A stretch of 64,000 nt of DNA from contig OZ024740.1 in NCBI GenBank assembly GCA_964016885.1, forward strand, positions 320,664,001-320,728,000. The letters are read 5' to 3'. A model generated the notes under the pieces. That model was not told the origin of the DNA, did not search any database, and was given only the letters and a program-made list of their open reading frames with translations. Origin of the DNA: Eledone cirrhosa (lineage: Eukaryota). Of the stretch, positions 63,501-64,000 are shown one piece after another; the stretch's first letter is position 1, and each line of letters begins with the position of its first letter. The translations under genes were made by a program, and so were the position numbers.

Positions 63501-63710
63501 TGTACCCCTTGGTAAACAAGATGCCTGTGAGCCAGGAATTAACTACCACTGCATAAATGCTCTGAGGATTAAGCCTGGTCGAGGAGACCGTACAATCAGC
63601 ATGTCATGCAGTGATAAAATAGCAAGATGGAATTTTCTAGGGTGTCAAGGGGCCTTGTTGAGCCACTTCCTTTTCCAACCAATTTACTTTAAGTCTTTTA
63701 TTATTGCAAA
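53590..63710 (+). CDS. ADAT1: tRNA-specific adenosine deaminase 1, 5' part (continues beyond the window). Exons 53590-53737, 55056-55133, 55720-55774, 56920-57056, 58345-58553, 63436-63710
   Basis: In-phase GT-AG splicing. Motifs [39 protein letters not shown] (catalytic HAE), [55 protein letters not shown]. The deaminase domain starts right after the ATG with no dsRBD, so ADAT1 rather than ADAR. Confidence 0.95.
54132..54389. repeat. Perfect 63-bp inverted repeat with 132-nt spacer (foldback/MITE-like) in ADAT1 intron 1
   Basis: 54132-54194 is the exact reverse complement of 54327-54389; (TA)n tracts lie nearby. Confidence 0.92.
55429..55631. mobile_element. mariner-type MITE
   Basis: TA|caagggtcagcttaaaagttcataggctgact ... 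agtcagcctatgaacttttcggtcgacccttg|TA. Confidence 0.8.
58890..59281 (+). mobile_element. CR1-clade LINE 3' end, split at its tail by the RTE insertion
   Basis: Homologous to 31200-31590; its terminal taattttcattat resumes at 62901. Confidence 0.78.
59282..62894 (-). mobile_element. Near full-length RTE-clade LINE, antisense in ADAT1 intron 5
   Basis: 7-bp TSD atacaat (59275-59281 and 62895-62901), (ATG)n tail, and an ORF with AP endonuclease and RT. Confidence 0.95.
59648..62838 (-). pseudogene. RTE ORF: AP endonuclease + reverse transcriptase + PHD-like Cys/His finger, with one frameshift near 62563
   Basis: [19 protein letters not shown] in ORF 62494..62838 continues as [66 protein letters not shown] in ORF 59648..62596. 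Confidence 0.93.
63187..63365. mobile_element. mariner-type MITE (same family as 55429-55631)
   Basis: TA-flanked TIRs ggctgaaaagttcata / tatgaacttttcagcc and a shared internal sequence. Confidence 0.78.
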
Positions 63711-64000
63711 GTAGGTGTTATTTATTTTATTTACTTGTTTTTATTGTTTTTTATTGATTCTTCTATGAAAGTATAGGTGGGATGATCAGACCTATGACAT
63801 TCCATCTCATTGATTGACAAGATCCCAGACCTTATTTGTGTACCAATGTGGGGGGAATTTGTCAAAATGGACCAAGGAAATAATGTTTTCATTGCTGATA
63901 ATACATACCAGTTGCTGTCTACTTCTGGCAGAAAGAGAAATGTGATATAAAGTGTCTTGCTCAAGGACATATTGCATTACCCAATCCAGGAATCAAACTC

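Noticed and set aside
53590-63710. ADAR (mRNA-editing enzyme) gene
   Set aside because: No dsRNA-binding domains, and the N-terminal EWTLLAAVV and GTGTKCIG motifs are ADAT1-type.

Overview
AT-rich, intron-rich animal genomic DNA. The repeat landscape (RTE LINEs with (CAT)n tails, dense tRNA-derived SINEs) suggests a coleoid cephalopod such as Octopus; this is an inference. Splicing by hand (GT-AG sites, reading phase checked at every junction) gives four genes. (1) The 3' part of a CENP-T-like kinetochore gene (+, 1543-14488), whose C-terminal histone fold is preceded by one 4.1-kb acidic exon holding two coding minisatellites. (2) Mitochondrial RBFA (-, 5 exons). (3) TCF25/Rqc1 (+, 16 exons), head-to-head with RBFA. 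(4) The 5' part of ADAT1 (+, 6 exons visible). Introns and spacers carry a near-intact RTE LINE with an internal PHD-like finger, truncated RTE and CR1 pieces, CRE-like retrotransposon relics, a composite non-autonomous Helitron with unexplained ORF cargo, piggyBac/pogo/mariner MITEs, several SINE families, minisatellites, long perfect hairpins and a decayed 18S rRNA 3'-end fragment. The strongest novelty candidate is the >1,500-aa, repeat-expanded CENP-T. No CRISPR array or prokaryote-type system is supported.
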